Shown here: piece after piece, positions 48,300 through 58,342 of the stretch
How the letters are laid out: each line of letters opens with the position of its first letter
Position numbering within the stretch: the first letter of the stretch is position 1
Assembly: GCA_964291405.2 (NCBI GenBank)
Contig: OZ219926.1
Coordinates: 160,001-224,000 of the forward strand
Length of the DNA: 64,000 nt
Direction: 5' to 3'
Source of the DNA: Thermodesulfobacteriota bacterium
Lineage (GTDB): Bacteria > Desulfobacterota > Binatia > Bin18
Translations under genes and position numbers: made by a program
Notes under the pieces: generated by a model
Told to the model about the DNA's origin: nothing
Seen by the model: the letters and a program-made list of their open reading frames with translations, nothing else
Databases searched by the model: none

Positions 48300-48614
48300 T
48301 TATTGCATGGGAGAAAATTCCGTTGGGCTCAGAATTTTATTGCTCTGGCTGAGGATCACCCCACGCAGACGCTTGGCTACTTCAGCCCGGCGCGGATCCT
48401 TGGCCCAGCGTGCCCACTTTTCTTGTCGCTCATTCAGGTCGTTATATGCCCAGAGGTGGACGACTTCGTTCAGCTGACCAATCTCGCTATACCAGAATCC
48501 AGCGGGCTTGATCCCGTGTTCCGCTACGCCGGGCAGGATGATCGTTTCTGCAACTTCGAGATATTCGGCCAGACCGCCAAAGGCGAGTTGGTAGGTTCGC
48601 AGCTCATAAATCAT
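48300..48614 (-). CDS. NIPSNAP family protein
   Basis: MIYELRTY, GFWYSEIGQLNEVVHLWAY, PTEFSP. Confidence 0.92.
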   Translation of the reverse strand: MIYELRTYQLAFGGLAEYLEVAETIILPGVAEHGIKPAGFWYSEIGQLNEVVHLWAYNDLNERQEKWARWAKDPRRAEVAKRLRGVILSQSNKILSPTEFSPMQ

Positions 48615-48750
48615 AAGACCTCCTCCATAAGGAATACCACTCTCCACCTATCCCACCCAAGTCAGAAGTCAAGCTTGTATATCGCTTGACTCTTCCTCCT
48701 CTCTTCCGTTACTGCTCACATGTACCGAATGAGAAAAAGAGGAGGCAAGC

Positions 48751-49323
48751 ATGGCTCTTAACCCCAAGAAAACAGCGCTGATCGTCATAGACGTTCAGAA
48801 TGACTACTTTGATGGGAAATGGCCCATCCCGGATGGCAATGCGGCACTGGACAATATCGAGACCGCGATTGAAGCCAGCCAACAAATAGGCGCCAAAGTC
48901 ATCTATGTTCAGCACGAAGTCCTGAACCCCGAGCGAGGGATTTTCATTCGAGGCACCAATGGCTTTGAACTCCACCCACGCCTTCATCCACGCCCCGAGG
49001 ACCATCGTATCGTTAAACATTATCCCGGATCGTTTTCTAAAACCGACCTGGAAGAGACCCTGCGAAAAGAGGGCATCGAGACCTTGGTCATCTCGGGTTA
49101 TATGACGCATATGTGCTGCGACACGACCGCGCGCGAGGGGTTTCAACGAGATTTTCGCGTCCTATTTCTCAATGATGCCACCGCGACGCGTGACGGTGCG
49201 CATCCGACGCTGGGGAAAATCGCGCATAGTGAATTACACCGCTCCACCCTGATTACCCAAGCGTCGATGTTTGCCGAGGTCCTCCCTACCCAGGAATTGG
49301 TCGAGCGTTTGCAAACGAGTTAG
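48751..49323 (+). CDS. Isochorismatase-family cysteine hydrolase
   Basis: ALIVIDVQNDY, K...GSF, THMCCDTTAR. Confidence 0.92.
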   Translation: MALNPKKTALIVIDVQNDYFDGKWPIPDGNAALDNIETAIEASQQIGAKVIYVQHEVLNPERGIFIRGTNGFELHPRLHPRPEDHRIVKHYPGSFSKTDLEETLRKEGIETLVISGYMTHMCCDTTAREGFQRDFRVLFLNDATATRDGAHPTLGKIAHSELHRSTLITQASMFAEVLPTQELVERLQTS

Positions 49324-49338
49324 ACACGCCGGCAAAGC

Positions 49339-49367
49339 GGAGAGACCGGGTATCACCGCGTCTCTCC
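49339..49367. terminator. Hairpin between convergent genes (possible bidirectional terminator)
   Basis: GGAGAGAC...GTCTCTCC stem; lacks a clear U-tract. Confidence 0.4.
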
Positions 49368-49369
49368 AC

Positions 49370-50380
49370 TCACTTCCTGAAATACGGGATAATGTGTTCG
49401 CCTAGCAGTTCCACTACCCGGTAGGCATGAGAGGCTTCCATACCTGGCCACCAGATTCGGAAAATAAAATGGTCGATCCCGAGTTGGTGATGATGGGCTT
49501 CGATTTGTTCAGCGACCTCTTCAATGCTGCCCAGAATAAAACGATCCCTGGCCAGTTCCTCAAATGATACGCGAAACGACTCCTCGCCGGGCAGTTCCTT
49601 GTCCTGCCCCCAGTCGGCATAGGCTTGATATTTTTTCTCCAAATACGGCTGGGCAATGGCCAGCGATTCGTCATGCGTTTTGGCGACGTGCATTTCCTTG
49701 ATGATGGGGATCTCCGGCGTATCGGTATAGCCGGCCGCAGCCAGAGTGGCTTTATACAAGCCCATCTGCCGTTTCAGGGTGTGGAGGGTGGCATGCGGAT
49801 TGACCAGCCATGAGCATCCCAGGCGGCCGGCACGCTCAATGGCACTATCATTGTTCGCAGCAATCCAGATAGGCGGATGCGGCTGCTGGACGGGCCGAAT
49901 CGTACTCGTCGCGTTTTCGATACTGAAATGGTTGCCCTGAAAGGATACGTTTTCTTCTGTCCACAGGCGGCGAATGAGTTCCAGGGACTCCTCAAAACGA
50001 GGAATGCGATCGCGGCGGCGCGTATTAAATCCCTGATACTCGATATCTCGATAGCCGAGCCCGACACCAAATACGGCGCGTCCTTCACTGATGACATCAA
50101 GCGAAGCCACATCTTCAGCCAGACCCACCGGGCTATACAATGGGAGCAGAATTACCGACAGCACGAGTGACATCGAACCACTCTCGGCCGCCAGCCGTGA
50201 CAGCAGCGGCAGGCTCTGGATATTCTGATACGGCGGAGCAAGGAAATGCTGACCGCAGGCAATCGAGTCGAGGCCAGCATCCCGCGCGAGGCGGGTCAGT
50301 TCAACGGTTTCCCTGAAGCGTTTGACGGGCGAATCCGCTCGGGGATGCTGGGGCATGGCCATGATGCCAAATTTGATCAT
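49370..50380 (-). CDS. LLM-class flavin-dependent oxidoreductase
   Basis: LAEDVASLDVISEGR..FGVGLGYR, PVQQPHPPIWIA. Confidence 0.9.
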   Translation of the reverse strand: MIKFGIMAMPQHPRADSPVKRFRETVELTRLARDAGLDSIACGQHFLAPPYQNIQSLPLLSRLAAESGSMSLVLSVILLPLYSPVGLAEDVASLDVISEGRAVFGVGLGYRDIEYQGFNTRRRDRIPRFEESLELIRRLWTEENVSFQGNHFSIENATSTIRPVQQPHPPIWIAANNDSAIERAGRLGCSWLVNPHATLHTLKRQMGLYKATLAAAGYTDTPEIPIIKEMHVAKTHDESLAIAQPYLEKKYQAYADWGQDKELPGEESFRVSFEELARDRFILGSIEEVAEQIEAHHHQLGIDHFIFRIWWPGMEASHAYRVVELLGEHIIPYFRK

Positions 50381-50454
50381 GCAGCTTCTCCTGGAGAAAA
50401 AGGGCGATCACAAGCGGACCGCCCCTTCCTTATCCCATTGATGGTCCGTTCTCT

Positions 50455-51312
50455 CTAGAGCACTTCTTTGGCCAGAGACTCCAATTCTGTGAGGACGGCG
50501 TTCTCGCCGTCCTCACTCTGTGTCAGCCATATGGTGACATGGTCCACGCCAGCAGATTGCAGCTCATTGATTTCCTCTTTGGTGCGAAATTTGCCGGGCC
50601 AGCCAAAGGCGAGGACAGAGATTTCTTTTGGATCGCGGCCAGCCTGTTCGGCCATCTCGTTGAGGCGCTGTCGCCCGGCTTGAATGTCTTCCACAGGGGA
50701 CAGAACCGGCATCCAGCCATCTCCCCATTCGACTACCCGCTTAAAGACGTATTTTGACGAGCCGCCCATATAGACCGGCGGATGAGGTTTTCGTGCAGGT
50801 TTCGGGAAGGAACGGACGGCGGGGAAATCGTAGTACTTGCCGTGATACTCGGCCTCGTCCTGCGTCCAGAGTTCCTTCATGGCCAGGACGGCGTCTTTGG
50901 TCTGTCCCCAGCGGTGATCAAAATCACCCCCCATGATCTCCGTCTCTTCTCTCAGCCAACCTGCCCCGATACCAAAAATGAAACGACCTCCTGAGAAGTG
51001 ATCTAAGGTCGCGACTTCTTTGGCTAATTCAAGCGGATTGCGCTCCGGTATCAGACAAATTCCCGTGCCGAGTTCAATCGTCTTGGTCACGGCCGAGGCC
51101 CGCGCCAACGATACAAACGGATCGGTGATGCGGCCGTACTCGTCTGGAATGATGCCGTCTTCCGAGGCTGGATAGGGCGAGCTGGTTTTGACCGGAATAA
51201 TCGCGTGTTCGGGTACCCAATAGGACCCAAAGCCCAATTCCTCTGCGCGTTTTGCAATGATGGCCGGATCAACCGAGCGATCGATGCAGAACTCGAAAAC
51301 TCCGATTTTCAT
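50455..51312 (-). CDS. LLM-class (probably F420-dependent) oxidoreductase
   Basis: AEELGF..WVPEH, DPFVSLA, LAKEVATLDHFSGGRF.FGIGAGW, GDGWMP. Confidence 0.9.
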   Translation of the reverse strand: MKIGVFEFCIDRSVDPAIIAKRAEELGFGSYWVPEHAIIPVKTSSPYPASEDGIIPDEYGRITDPFVSLARASAVTKTIELGTGICLIPERNPLELAKEVATLDHFSGGRFIFGIGAGWLREETEIMGGDFDHRWGQTKDAVLAMKELWTQDEAEYHGKYYDFPAVRSFPKPARKPHPPVYMGGSSKYVFKRVVEWGDGWMPVLSPVEDIQAGRQRLNEMAEQAGRDPKEISVLAFGWPGKFRTKEEINELQSAGVDHVTIWLTQSEDGENAVLTELESLAKEVL

Positions 51313-51482
51313 ATATCCCTCCTTGTCTTCTGTCTTGATATCACGCTGCTGACTCTATCACGGGCCCTTTGACACGCCTAGCAGAGATAGTGTCCTTGCG
51401 CGGAATTCTTCGATAGTATGCCTGGCGTCTTCATGATTTCAGGCGACAGCGAGCTGTCGTACCAGAGGGAGGATTGACATCT

Positions 51483-52109
51483 ATGCGGATGATTTTAGTC
51501 GGACCACCGGGGGCGGGCAAAGGGACGCAGGCTGTCCATCTCGTTGAACGGTTTAAGATTTCTCATATCTCAACCGGTGATATGCTCCGCGCGGCGGTCA
51601 GTGAAGGGACCGAGTTGGGCAAACAGGCCGACGGCTATATGAAGGCCGGTGGATTGGTGCCGGATGACCTCGTCATCGCGATGGTGATAGAGCGGATTGG
51701 AAAACCTGACTGTGCAGAGGGATTTATGTTGGACGGCTTTCCTCGCACCCGACCCCAGGCTGAGGCCCTGGATGTCGAACTGCAGAAGGCCGGGGTTGCC
51801 CTGGATGTTGTGCTGCAAATTGAAGTCCCGGACGATTTGATTGTCGAACGCATTACCGGTCGACGCCTGGATCCCGATACGGGCGATATTTACCATATGA
51901 AATTTAAACCGCCGCCGGCAGATATTGCCGGTCGGGTGATGCAGCGCAAAGATGACACCGAAGAAGCCTGCCGAGCCAGACTCGAAAAATACCACTCGGA
52001 AACGGCACCGATTATCCCTTTTTATGCGGCCCAAGGAAGGCTGAAACGGGTGGACGGTAACGCCGCACCGGACGAGGTCAGCCGGCGTATTATGCAGGTG
52101 TTGGGCTGA
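51483..52109 (+). CDS. adk: Adenylate kinase
   Basis: GPPGAGKGTQA, ISTGDMLR, LDGFPRT, QRKDDTEE. Confidence 0.96.
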   Translation: MRMILVGPPGAGKGTQAVHLVERFKISHISTGDMLRAAVSEGTELGKQADGYMKAGGLVPDDLVIAMVIERIGKPDCAEGFMLDGFPRTRPQAEALDVELQKAGVALDVVLQIEVPDDLIVERITGRRLDPDTGDIYHMKFKPPPADIAGRVMQRKDDTEEACRARLEKYHSETAPIIPFYAAQGRLKRVDGNAAPDEVSRRIMQVLG

Positions 52110-52123
52110 GGGGTCTCCAATCC

Positions 52124-52170
52124 GCACAAAAACTGGGGGCAATTCATGAATTGCCCCTACCTATCTGACC
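52124..52170. repeat. GTAG-type REP-like palindrome, copy 2
   Basis: GGGGCAATTCATGAATTGCCCCTAC (52136-52160) between the convergent adk and PQQ-ADH genes. Confidence 0.7.
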
Positions 52171-52188
52171 TATTTTGGCATTGAGAAT

Positions 52189-53874
52189 TCACGGCAGGGT
52201 AAAGACCGCAACAGCGCTCCCCGGTGTGGTGTGGGGATATTTGCCCACGATGTCCACGACCAAGCCTCCGGCGCCACTGGGAACGGCAACGTACTGTTTA
52301 TCCCCAACCTTGTAGGAGACCGGTTGTCCTCGAACCGCGGATCCGGTCTGAAACTTCCACAAAACTTCGCCCGTTGCGTCATCTAAGGCTAGCGCAAATC
52401 CCTTTTGATTGCCCGTAAAGACGAGTCCGCCAGCTGTGGCGAGCGCGCCCCCCACCATCGGCCACTCGTCCTTATAGCGCCACTTCACCTCGCCGCTGGT
52501 CGGGTCTATGGCCGTGACGTGGCCGTAGGCCGTACCGAGGTCGCCCTGCGTTTGTCCGGGCCCTCCGCCCCAGAATGGGATACCCTTGATAAAAATAGAC
52601 CTAGCCTTTTCCATTTTGCCGCAGCTCTCGATCGTCGGGACAAAGATGAGGTTAGCCAGCGGACTGTAGGCCGCGGCATACGAACCGTTTTGTCCTCCTA
52701 CGTTCCCGGGACAGATGAGTTCAGGATTGCCACCTTCCATGGGCACGTACTGGGGGTCAACGATCGGACGGCCATTTTCATCTAGCCCTTTCGCCCAGTT
52801 GAGTTGCTCAACATACTGGGAGCCATGCAGAAACTTCCCATCCCCACGATTCAGGACATACATATACCCATTCCGATTGGGCTGGGCTAAGGCTTTAACA
52901 GACTCCCCACTGCGCGTGACGTCGAGCAGAAACATGCCCGTGTTGCCATCATAGTCCCAGACGTCGTGTGGGGTGAATTGGAAATACCATTTGATCTCAC
53001 CACTGTCTGGGTCAAGGGCTAACGCCGAGTTCGTGTAGAGATTATCGCCCTCACGTCCATCACCGTTCCAGTCAGGGGCCGGGTTGCCCGTTGCCCAATA
53101 CACCAAGTCAAGGTCTGCATCATACGAGCCAGTCACCCAGGCCGGACCACCGCCTTGTTTATACGAATCACCGGCCCAGGTCTCGACACCGGGCTCGCCT
53201 TCGTCAGGCACGGTATAACGACGCCACTTGCGCTCCCCAGTCTCAAGATCATAGGCATCGATATAGCCACGAATACCGTATTCACCGCCCGCAATACCAA
53301 CAATGACGTTATCTCGAACAATCAAGGGTGCTAGGGTAAAGCTAAAGCCACCCGCATAGTCGTCGGCTTTAGTATTCCACACGACAGTACCGGTTTTTCT
53401 GTCGAGCGCGACAATACGCGCATCCAGGGTAGCCATAATGACCTTATCCCCAGCCAGCGCCGCGCCCCGATTACCCGGCCCGCAGCAAATCCGCATATCA
53501 TCTGGCAATTCATGATCGTATTTCCAGAGCGGTTTACCCGTTGCGGCGTCTAAGGCAAACAGCTTATTGTAGGCCGCAGTAAGATACATGACGCCATCGG
53601 CAACCACCGGTGAGGCTTGCATTTGTGCCGGCACGCCGGTTTGGAAAATCCAGGCGGCCTGGAGTTTTTTGACGTTCCCACGGTCAATATCCTTCAGTGG
53701 GCTGAATCGCCAGCCGGCATAATTCCCGCCGTACATCAACCAGTCATTGGCCGGCTCCTGGAGTAAGCGCTCCTGCGTCACCGGCTGAAGCGCGTCGGCG
53801 TAAAGCGCGCCGGGAGAGAGAAACATGAGAGTGAATGCTATTGCTAAAAATTTCCACGACCAGGAACCTCGCAT
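52189..53874 (-). CDS. PQQ-dependent alcohol dehydrogenase, methanol/ethanol family, predicted lanthanide type (PedH/ExaF-like)
   Basis: Signal peptide, vicinal ICCG, GGEYGIRG, TGNPAPDWN, PHDVWDYDG with the extra Asp. Confidence 0.9.
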   Translation of the reverse strand: MRGSWSWKFLAIAFTLMFLSPGALYADALQPVTQERLLQEPANDWLMYGGNYAGWRFSPLKDIDRGNVKKLQAAWIFQTGVPAQMQASPVVADGVMYLTAAYNKLFALDAATGKPLWKYDHELPDDMRICCGPGNRGAALAGDKVIMATLDARIVALDRKTGTVVWNTKADDYAGGFSFTLAPLIVRDNVIVGIAGGEYGIRGYIDAYDLETGERKWRRYTVPDEGEPGVETWAGDSYKQGGGPAWVTGSYDADLDLVYWATGNPAPDWNGDGREGDNLYTNSALALDPDSGEIKWYFQFTPHDVWDYDGNTGMFLLDVTRSGESVKALAQPNRNGYMYVLNRGDGKFLHGSQYVEQLNWAKGLDENGRPIVDPQYVPMEGGNPELICPGNVGGQNGSYAAAYSPLANLIFVPTIESCGKMEKARSIFIKGIPFWGGGPGQTQGDLGTAYGHVTAIDPTSGEVKWRYKDEWPMVGGALATAGGLVFTGNQKGFALALDDATGEVLWKFQTGSAVRGQPVSYKVGDKQYVAVPSGAGGLVVDIVGKYPHTTPGSAVAVFTLP

Positions 53875-53920
53875 GAGTAATGCCTCCTCAGAGTGATTGC
53901 CAATCGAAAAATGTGGTCGA

Positions 53921-53949
53921 ACCCTACTGATTTTTATACCAGAGGTCAA
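53921..53949 (-). promoter_or_regulatory. Putative sigma70 promoter for the PQQ-ADH gene
   Basis: TTGACC-17 bp-TAGGGT on the minus strand in the AT-rich gap, about 45 bp before the ATG. Confidence 0.4.
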
Positions 53950-53979
53950 GAAAGAGGACACTGCATACGCCCCAGACTC

Positions 53980-54708
53980 TTAGGGAAAGAGGCGTAATCT
54001 TCTCCCCGCGAAGAGCACCCCGACGATACCGAATAAAACGATCGCTCCGTGCGTCCAGCCGTTCCAGACAAGTACATACGGGTCTCGCAGACGCGGTCTG
54101 GTTACGCCGGGAATGCTGGGAAGATCTCCATCTCCAGCGCCCACCTTAAGCTGCGCCTTCATTCCCTTTTCCATATGCTGAGGAACGTCACAGTGCACTA
54201 AATAGGTCTTGTCTCCGGGTGGGAGAATAAAAGTGCTTGTCCGCTGTCCTTTACCTGCCACCTCAAGCGTAAACATGCCCATGGGGTAGATATAGCGTGG
54301 CAGACCGTGCAGCATCCACTGGTGACGAACGGTGTCCGTATTGATGAGCGTTACCGTGAGTTTCGTACACGGCGCAAAACTCCATTCGTTTCGATCATAC
54401 GCAAACATCGTCCCCGGCTGGGCGAATTCTTTGCCGGCACGAACAGTGATCTCGTGTTCACCAGAGAGACGTGGACAGCCTCTGGGGAGTTGGTCCGTGT
54501 TTTCATTCATCACCATACCCGCAGTATCGAGATGCATGCCATGATGCGCATGATGATGGTGAGACTCAGGCTCTTGAGTCGAACCAACCTCACTGGAAAG
54601 CAAGACAAACAAGGTGCATACGACCAGTGTAGAGACAGTCTTCTGGAGTTGCCCTCCCCGGAACACCCCTGCCCTCTTCTGACTATTTTTCCTCAGAAAA
54701 AATCCCAT
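53980..54708 (-). CDS. Membrane-anchored cupredoxin (type-1 copper) with His-rich N-terminus
   Basis: HHHHAHHGMH; HQWM...HCDVPQHMEKGM type-1 ligand set; C-terminal TM helix. Confidence 0.82.
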   Translation of the reverse strand: MGFFLRKNSQKRAGVFRGGQLQKTVSTLVVCTLFVLLSSEVGSTQEPESHHHHAHHGMHLDTAGMVMNENTDQLPRGCPRLSGEHEITVRAGKEFAQPGTMFAYDRNEWSFAPCTKLTVTLINTDTVRHQWMLHGLPRYIYPMGMFTLEVAGKGQRTSTFILPPGDKTYLVHCDVPQHMEKGMKAQLKVGAGDGDLPSIPGVTRPRLRDPYVLVWNGWTHGAIVLFGIVGVLFAGRRLRLFP

Positions 54709-54720
54709 CAAAGATTCCTC

Positions 54721-56415
54721 TTAGCGGTATCGAACTCGTCGCTTGCTCAAGGCGAAGGCCGCACCGATAAGGAGACCGATACCTATTCCAAGTATGAGGG
54801 CATAACTCAGGGGTAGGGAACGAGCGCTGGCCTCCCCAAGCAGACCGAAGTCCTTCAGTCCGGCCCAGATGGGAAGCTTTTTTTGATAATACTCCTTGGT
54901 GAAAAACGGCGCCCAGTCCATCCCCTGTGTTTTCGGCTGACCGGATGTATCCAAATAGTCCTGGTAGACAATGGCGCTAATATTTCCACCGGGGTTGATC
55001 CCATCAGTGGTGATCGCTTTTTCCTTGTGGTCGTGGAGCAGCCAGACGCCTGGCCCATAATTGTGCAGGCCGTCATCAGTGGTGTTGAGAAGAAGGTCCA
55101 CCCGTTGGGCCGGGCTAATCCAGACCACATCACGAGTGATTTGTGCAGCCGGATTATGTTCGACACCATCATAATGCGTCAGTGTGACTTTATGCCCATG
55201 CGTATGCAGAGAAACGCCTTCTGCTCCGCCGTTGAGCACACGCAGTTTGACACGTTCATTCGGAGCAACAACAATCAGCGACTCACGGGTCGTGTAGGGA
55301 AAGGAGCGGCCGTTGAGTAGGAAATAGTCGGGGTCTTGATCTGTAATATCATAGCGGCGGTTGGTCGCCTCGGCGATCAACCGGGGATCACCTGCGGTCT
55401 GAATAATATTATTCAACGCCGGGTCAATGTCCTGGTAGTGCAAATCGAATTCCCGGTCATAGGACTCTCTGACTGCTGCGGAGACAGCGCGTACCCGGCC
55501 AGCCCCAATATTGAGCGTTTGAAGCCAGTTATTCGGACGGTTGTCCTCAACCACAAACATTCCCTGGAGCCCCATCAGAATATGGACATGCGGTTGGACG
55601 TGACAGTGATAAAACATCGTCCCCGTTTGACGCGGAGTCATTTCATAGGAGCGGCTTTCCCCTGGTGAGACTGGCATTTCGCTCGCAATCGGCACTCCAT
55701 CATTTCCCTCACCAGTGGCGTCAACAAAGGGATGGTCAACCCCGTGGAAGTGTATGGTGTGTGGCAGATAGTGCGTATTCTCCAAGGTTACCCGGAGCGT
55801 ATCACCCTGCTCTACACGAATCACCGGAGACGGGGCTCGCAAGGTCGGATGTGCCCACTCGCTCTCAAAATTTTCAGTCGCCATACCGCGTGATTTTGGT
55901 GCGAAAACCCACAGCCCTGGCTGGACACCCGGCGCAATGGCGTAGGCGGGAAACGGTGCAGGATCATCCGGCGAGTGCCCATTCAGTTCTACGACTTCAA
56001 GCCGGACATGAATCTCGTCAGGATCGCCATCCCCGTCTCTGTCGTTCTCTTTTACCACGGTATTTGGCGTCAGCCGGGTCTCCATAAGGGTGTGTAGACT
56101 AATATTATTCGTTCCTTTGACAAAGGCCGCAATTTCGGCCGGATTATCTGGGTCACACACGGGTGAGGCTTCTATGGTAACATCTTCAAGCGTCTGAGAC
56201 TCCCGCCAGTCTGCATGTCTGTCCAGACAGAATGGCTCCACACTGACAGGGCTTATTTGACGGCTGGGGGGTGGCTCCTGGTAAGACTCTTCACCAAGAT
56301 ATTGATACGCAATGTCTTGTATTGGGCGGGGGAGCCAGGTACGCGGCACGAGAAAGAGTGTACCGATAGCAAGCACACTAAGCAAAAAGAAGAAAAGCAG
56401 ACCGCGGAGCCACAT
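54721..56415 (-). CDS. Membrane-anchored two-domain multicopper oxidase
   Basis: HTIHFHG, YHCHVQPHVHILMG, LHTHGH, LLHDH; hydrophobic helices at both termini. Confidence 0.88.
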   Translation of the reverse strand: MWLRGLLFFFLLSVLAIGTLFLVPRTWLPRPIQDIAYQYLGEESYQEPPPSRQISPVSVEPFCLDRHADWRESQTLEDVTIEASPVCDPDNPAEIAAFVKGTNNISLHTLMETRLTPNTVVKENDRDGDGDPDEIHVRLEVVELNGHSPDDPAPFPAYAIAPGVQPGLWVFAPKSRGMATENFESEWAHPTLRAPSPVIRVEQGDTLRVTLENTHYLPHTIHFHGVDHPFVDATGEGNDGVPIASEMPVSPGESRSYEMTPRQTGTMFYHCHVQPHVHILMGLQGMFVVEDNRPNNWLQTLNIGAGRVRAVSAAVRESYDREFDLHYQDIDPALNNIIQTAGDPRLIAEATNRRYDITDQDPDYFLLNGRSFPYTTRESLIVVAPNERVKLRVLNGGAEGVSLHTHGHKVTLTHYDGVEHNPAAQITRDVVWISPAQRVDLLLNTTDDGLHNYGPGVWLLHDHKEKAITTDGINPGGNISAIVYQDYLDTSGQPKTQGMDWAPFFTKEYYQKKLPIWAGLKDFGLLGEASARSLPLSYALILGIGIGLLIGAAFALSKRRVRYR

Positions 56416-56498
56416 CGTTCAACATGTACTGTGAACAGGGCGTTCGGGAAAGGGGGGCTGTCCGGTTCCGCAGCTATCCCTTGAGCGGGGTCGAGACT

Positions 56499-57029
56499 TT
56501 ATTTCATAGAAAACGGTGGCCAACCGCGTTTACCACCGACAACGTAATAACCCACGCCACCGCCAATAAGCAGGCCCGCGATCAAGACCAGCATGGTATT
56601 TGAGAGAGAAGCGACGCGGATTGGAAACCGCACCGCCCCATCAACCCCGTCAACTGTCATCAGGGCCGTGTACTGTCCGGGCGTATCAAAATTGACTTCA
56701 GCGTTCACTACACCGCTAGGATATACCCGCGCCGGAATATCGAGTAACAGTCGCGGTTCAGCCGCATTGGTTTCCTCAATAATACGAACCGCGGCCGATT
56801 TCTTACGCAATTCAGGATCAATCAGATCAAAAACGAGAATCGCACTCCCAGTCTGAGGAACGCTCCGACAGAATTCCTCGGTTGCGTATTCCTGCGGTTG
56901 GTAGGCGGAAAAATGGACCAGATAGACGCCTGCCCGCTCTACGCAGGGGTCCAGGTCCATGGCGACACCCCCATGTCCCCAGGCTCCTATTGGGACAAGG
57001 AGCATGGCAACAAGAAGGAACAGTTTCAC
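56499..57029 (-). CDS. pmoD: PmoD/AmoD-family copper protein (downstream copy)
   Basis: Signal then HGG..DPC...HFSAYQP...EFC..VP.TG..ILVFDL.D.ELR; C-terminal TM helix. Confidence 0.85.
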   Translation of the reverse strand: MKLFLLVAMLLVPIGAWGHGGVAMDLDPCVERAGVYLVHFSAYQPQEYATEEFCRSVPQTGSAILVFDLIDPELRKKSAAVRIIEETNAAEPRLLLDIPARVYPSGVVNAEVNFDTPGQYTALMTVDGVDGAVRFPIRVASLSNTMLVLIAGLLIGGGVGYYVVGGKRGWPPFSMK

Positions 57030-57081
57030 AGCGCTGTCCAGTTGTGCTCCAGAGCGGGACGTGGGCTCCCCACTCTAGATC

Positions 57082-58342
57082 TTATGGCAGATAGGTTGAA
57101 CGAAACTGAGTGGGGACGACATTTGAACGGACCGTCACCAACTCATGCCCCTCATTCCCATTCTCAAAGCGTAAGACTGCGCCAATAAACTGTTGCGGCG
57201 CTTGCGTCGGGATGAGACGTTCCTCACCGAAAAGACTGCTTGAAACAGTCAGGGTCAGCTCTTTTGTTTCGTCCCGGAGTAATCGGTCCGTCCGGCTGTA
57301 CTTCGAGGCGACCCACAAAATCACGCGGACCGGCCTTGGCTTGCTCGGCTTCCGGTCCGTTCACAAAGGTCGCCATTGCTATAGTCAACTGCTTGAGTTC
57401 GATGTCGCTCTCGGCAACATTCGTCACCTGGACCTTCATCTCAAGCGTTTCACTCGCTTCGTCATATGTCGCTCCGCTGGCCTGTGCCTCGGCCATCTTT
57501 TCACCAGAAGAAATGAATTCCGGTGTAAACCAGTCCGTTTGCTGCGGCCACCGAACCGGCGCATTTGAGGTGGCGTACGTCCAACCGATAACCAGCATTA
57601 CCAGGGTTACGCCCACGATAACATTCATCCACATATGATCACGGGGCGTGATGAGACCGATATCGGGAGCATCATCGTTCACCGGAAGCTGGACAGTAAC
57701 GGCAAGATTGGTCACTGTTCTTTTGTTTGTCGTCCAGTACAGTATCCAGGCGACCCCCAGGACAAACCCGGCAAACGACCACCACCAGACGAATGCGCCG
57801 CCATACGTACTGAGCTCAATCGTCTCACCGGACAGCAGGGTGAGCGGGAAGGAGAACGGCTCCGCGCTGGGTTTGACGGTCACCCATTCACCGGGTCCAA
57901 TCAGGGTGCCGGTCCCGTATACGGCGATACCGGGATGGACATGCCAGTTCCCAGGCTCTTTGCCAACAAGCTCCATTTCAAACTCGTAAATACCCCCCTT
58001 TTGGGCAAAGAACGATCCAATCGCAGCCGTTCCGTTGACAAAACGCTCTTTGAGCACAAAGACCGGTCCGGGGACGACCGGCATAATGGAAGCGATTTCC
58101 GGCGTTTCCAGCGTATGAGGCCACGTCTCGAGAATCTTGACCGACCCCGTAACCTTGACCGGCTCTCCAACCTCAATTTCAGTCGGCGACACGCTGACAT
58201 TGAAGAAAGCCGTGGTCATGTTTTTCAAAAACGGTTCGTCGGCAGCCTCACCGTGGGCAAAAGCGTTCGGAGTATGAGTAACGACAACGGCCACTATGGC
58301 ACATAGTGCGCCAACACAGCCAATCATAAATCGCTTACCCAT
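57082..58342 (-). CDS. xmoB: Copper membrane monooxygenase subunit B (PmoB/AmoB family), split by a 1-bp frameshift at about 57271
   Basis: Signal then HGE.A.EPFL, WHVHP, GPG.WVTV, two TM helices; the C-terminus (ETKELTLTV...EERL) continues in another frame to 57082. Confidence 0.9.

Noticed and set aside
51483-52109. Adenylate kinase with short Cys-free LID (RRLDPDTGDIYH) as a novelty
   Set aside because: Zn-free and shortened LID variants are known in the family, so interest is low.
54721-56415. Copper nitrite reductase NirK
   Set aside because: Has HxxHxH in domain 1 and HxH pairs in both domains typical of multicopper oxidases, not the NirK HNIDxH motif with the catalytic Asp.
57082-57324. 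Independent 80-aa gene after xmoB
   Set aside because: Its last 60 or so residues are the missing PmoB C-terminus, explained by a single frameshift.
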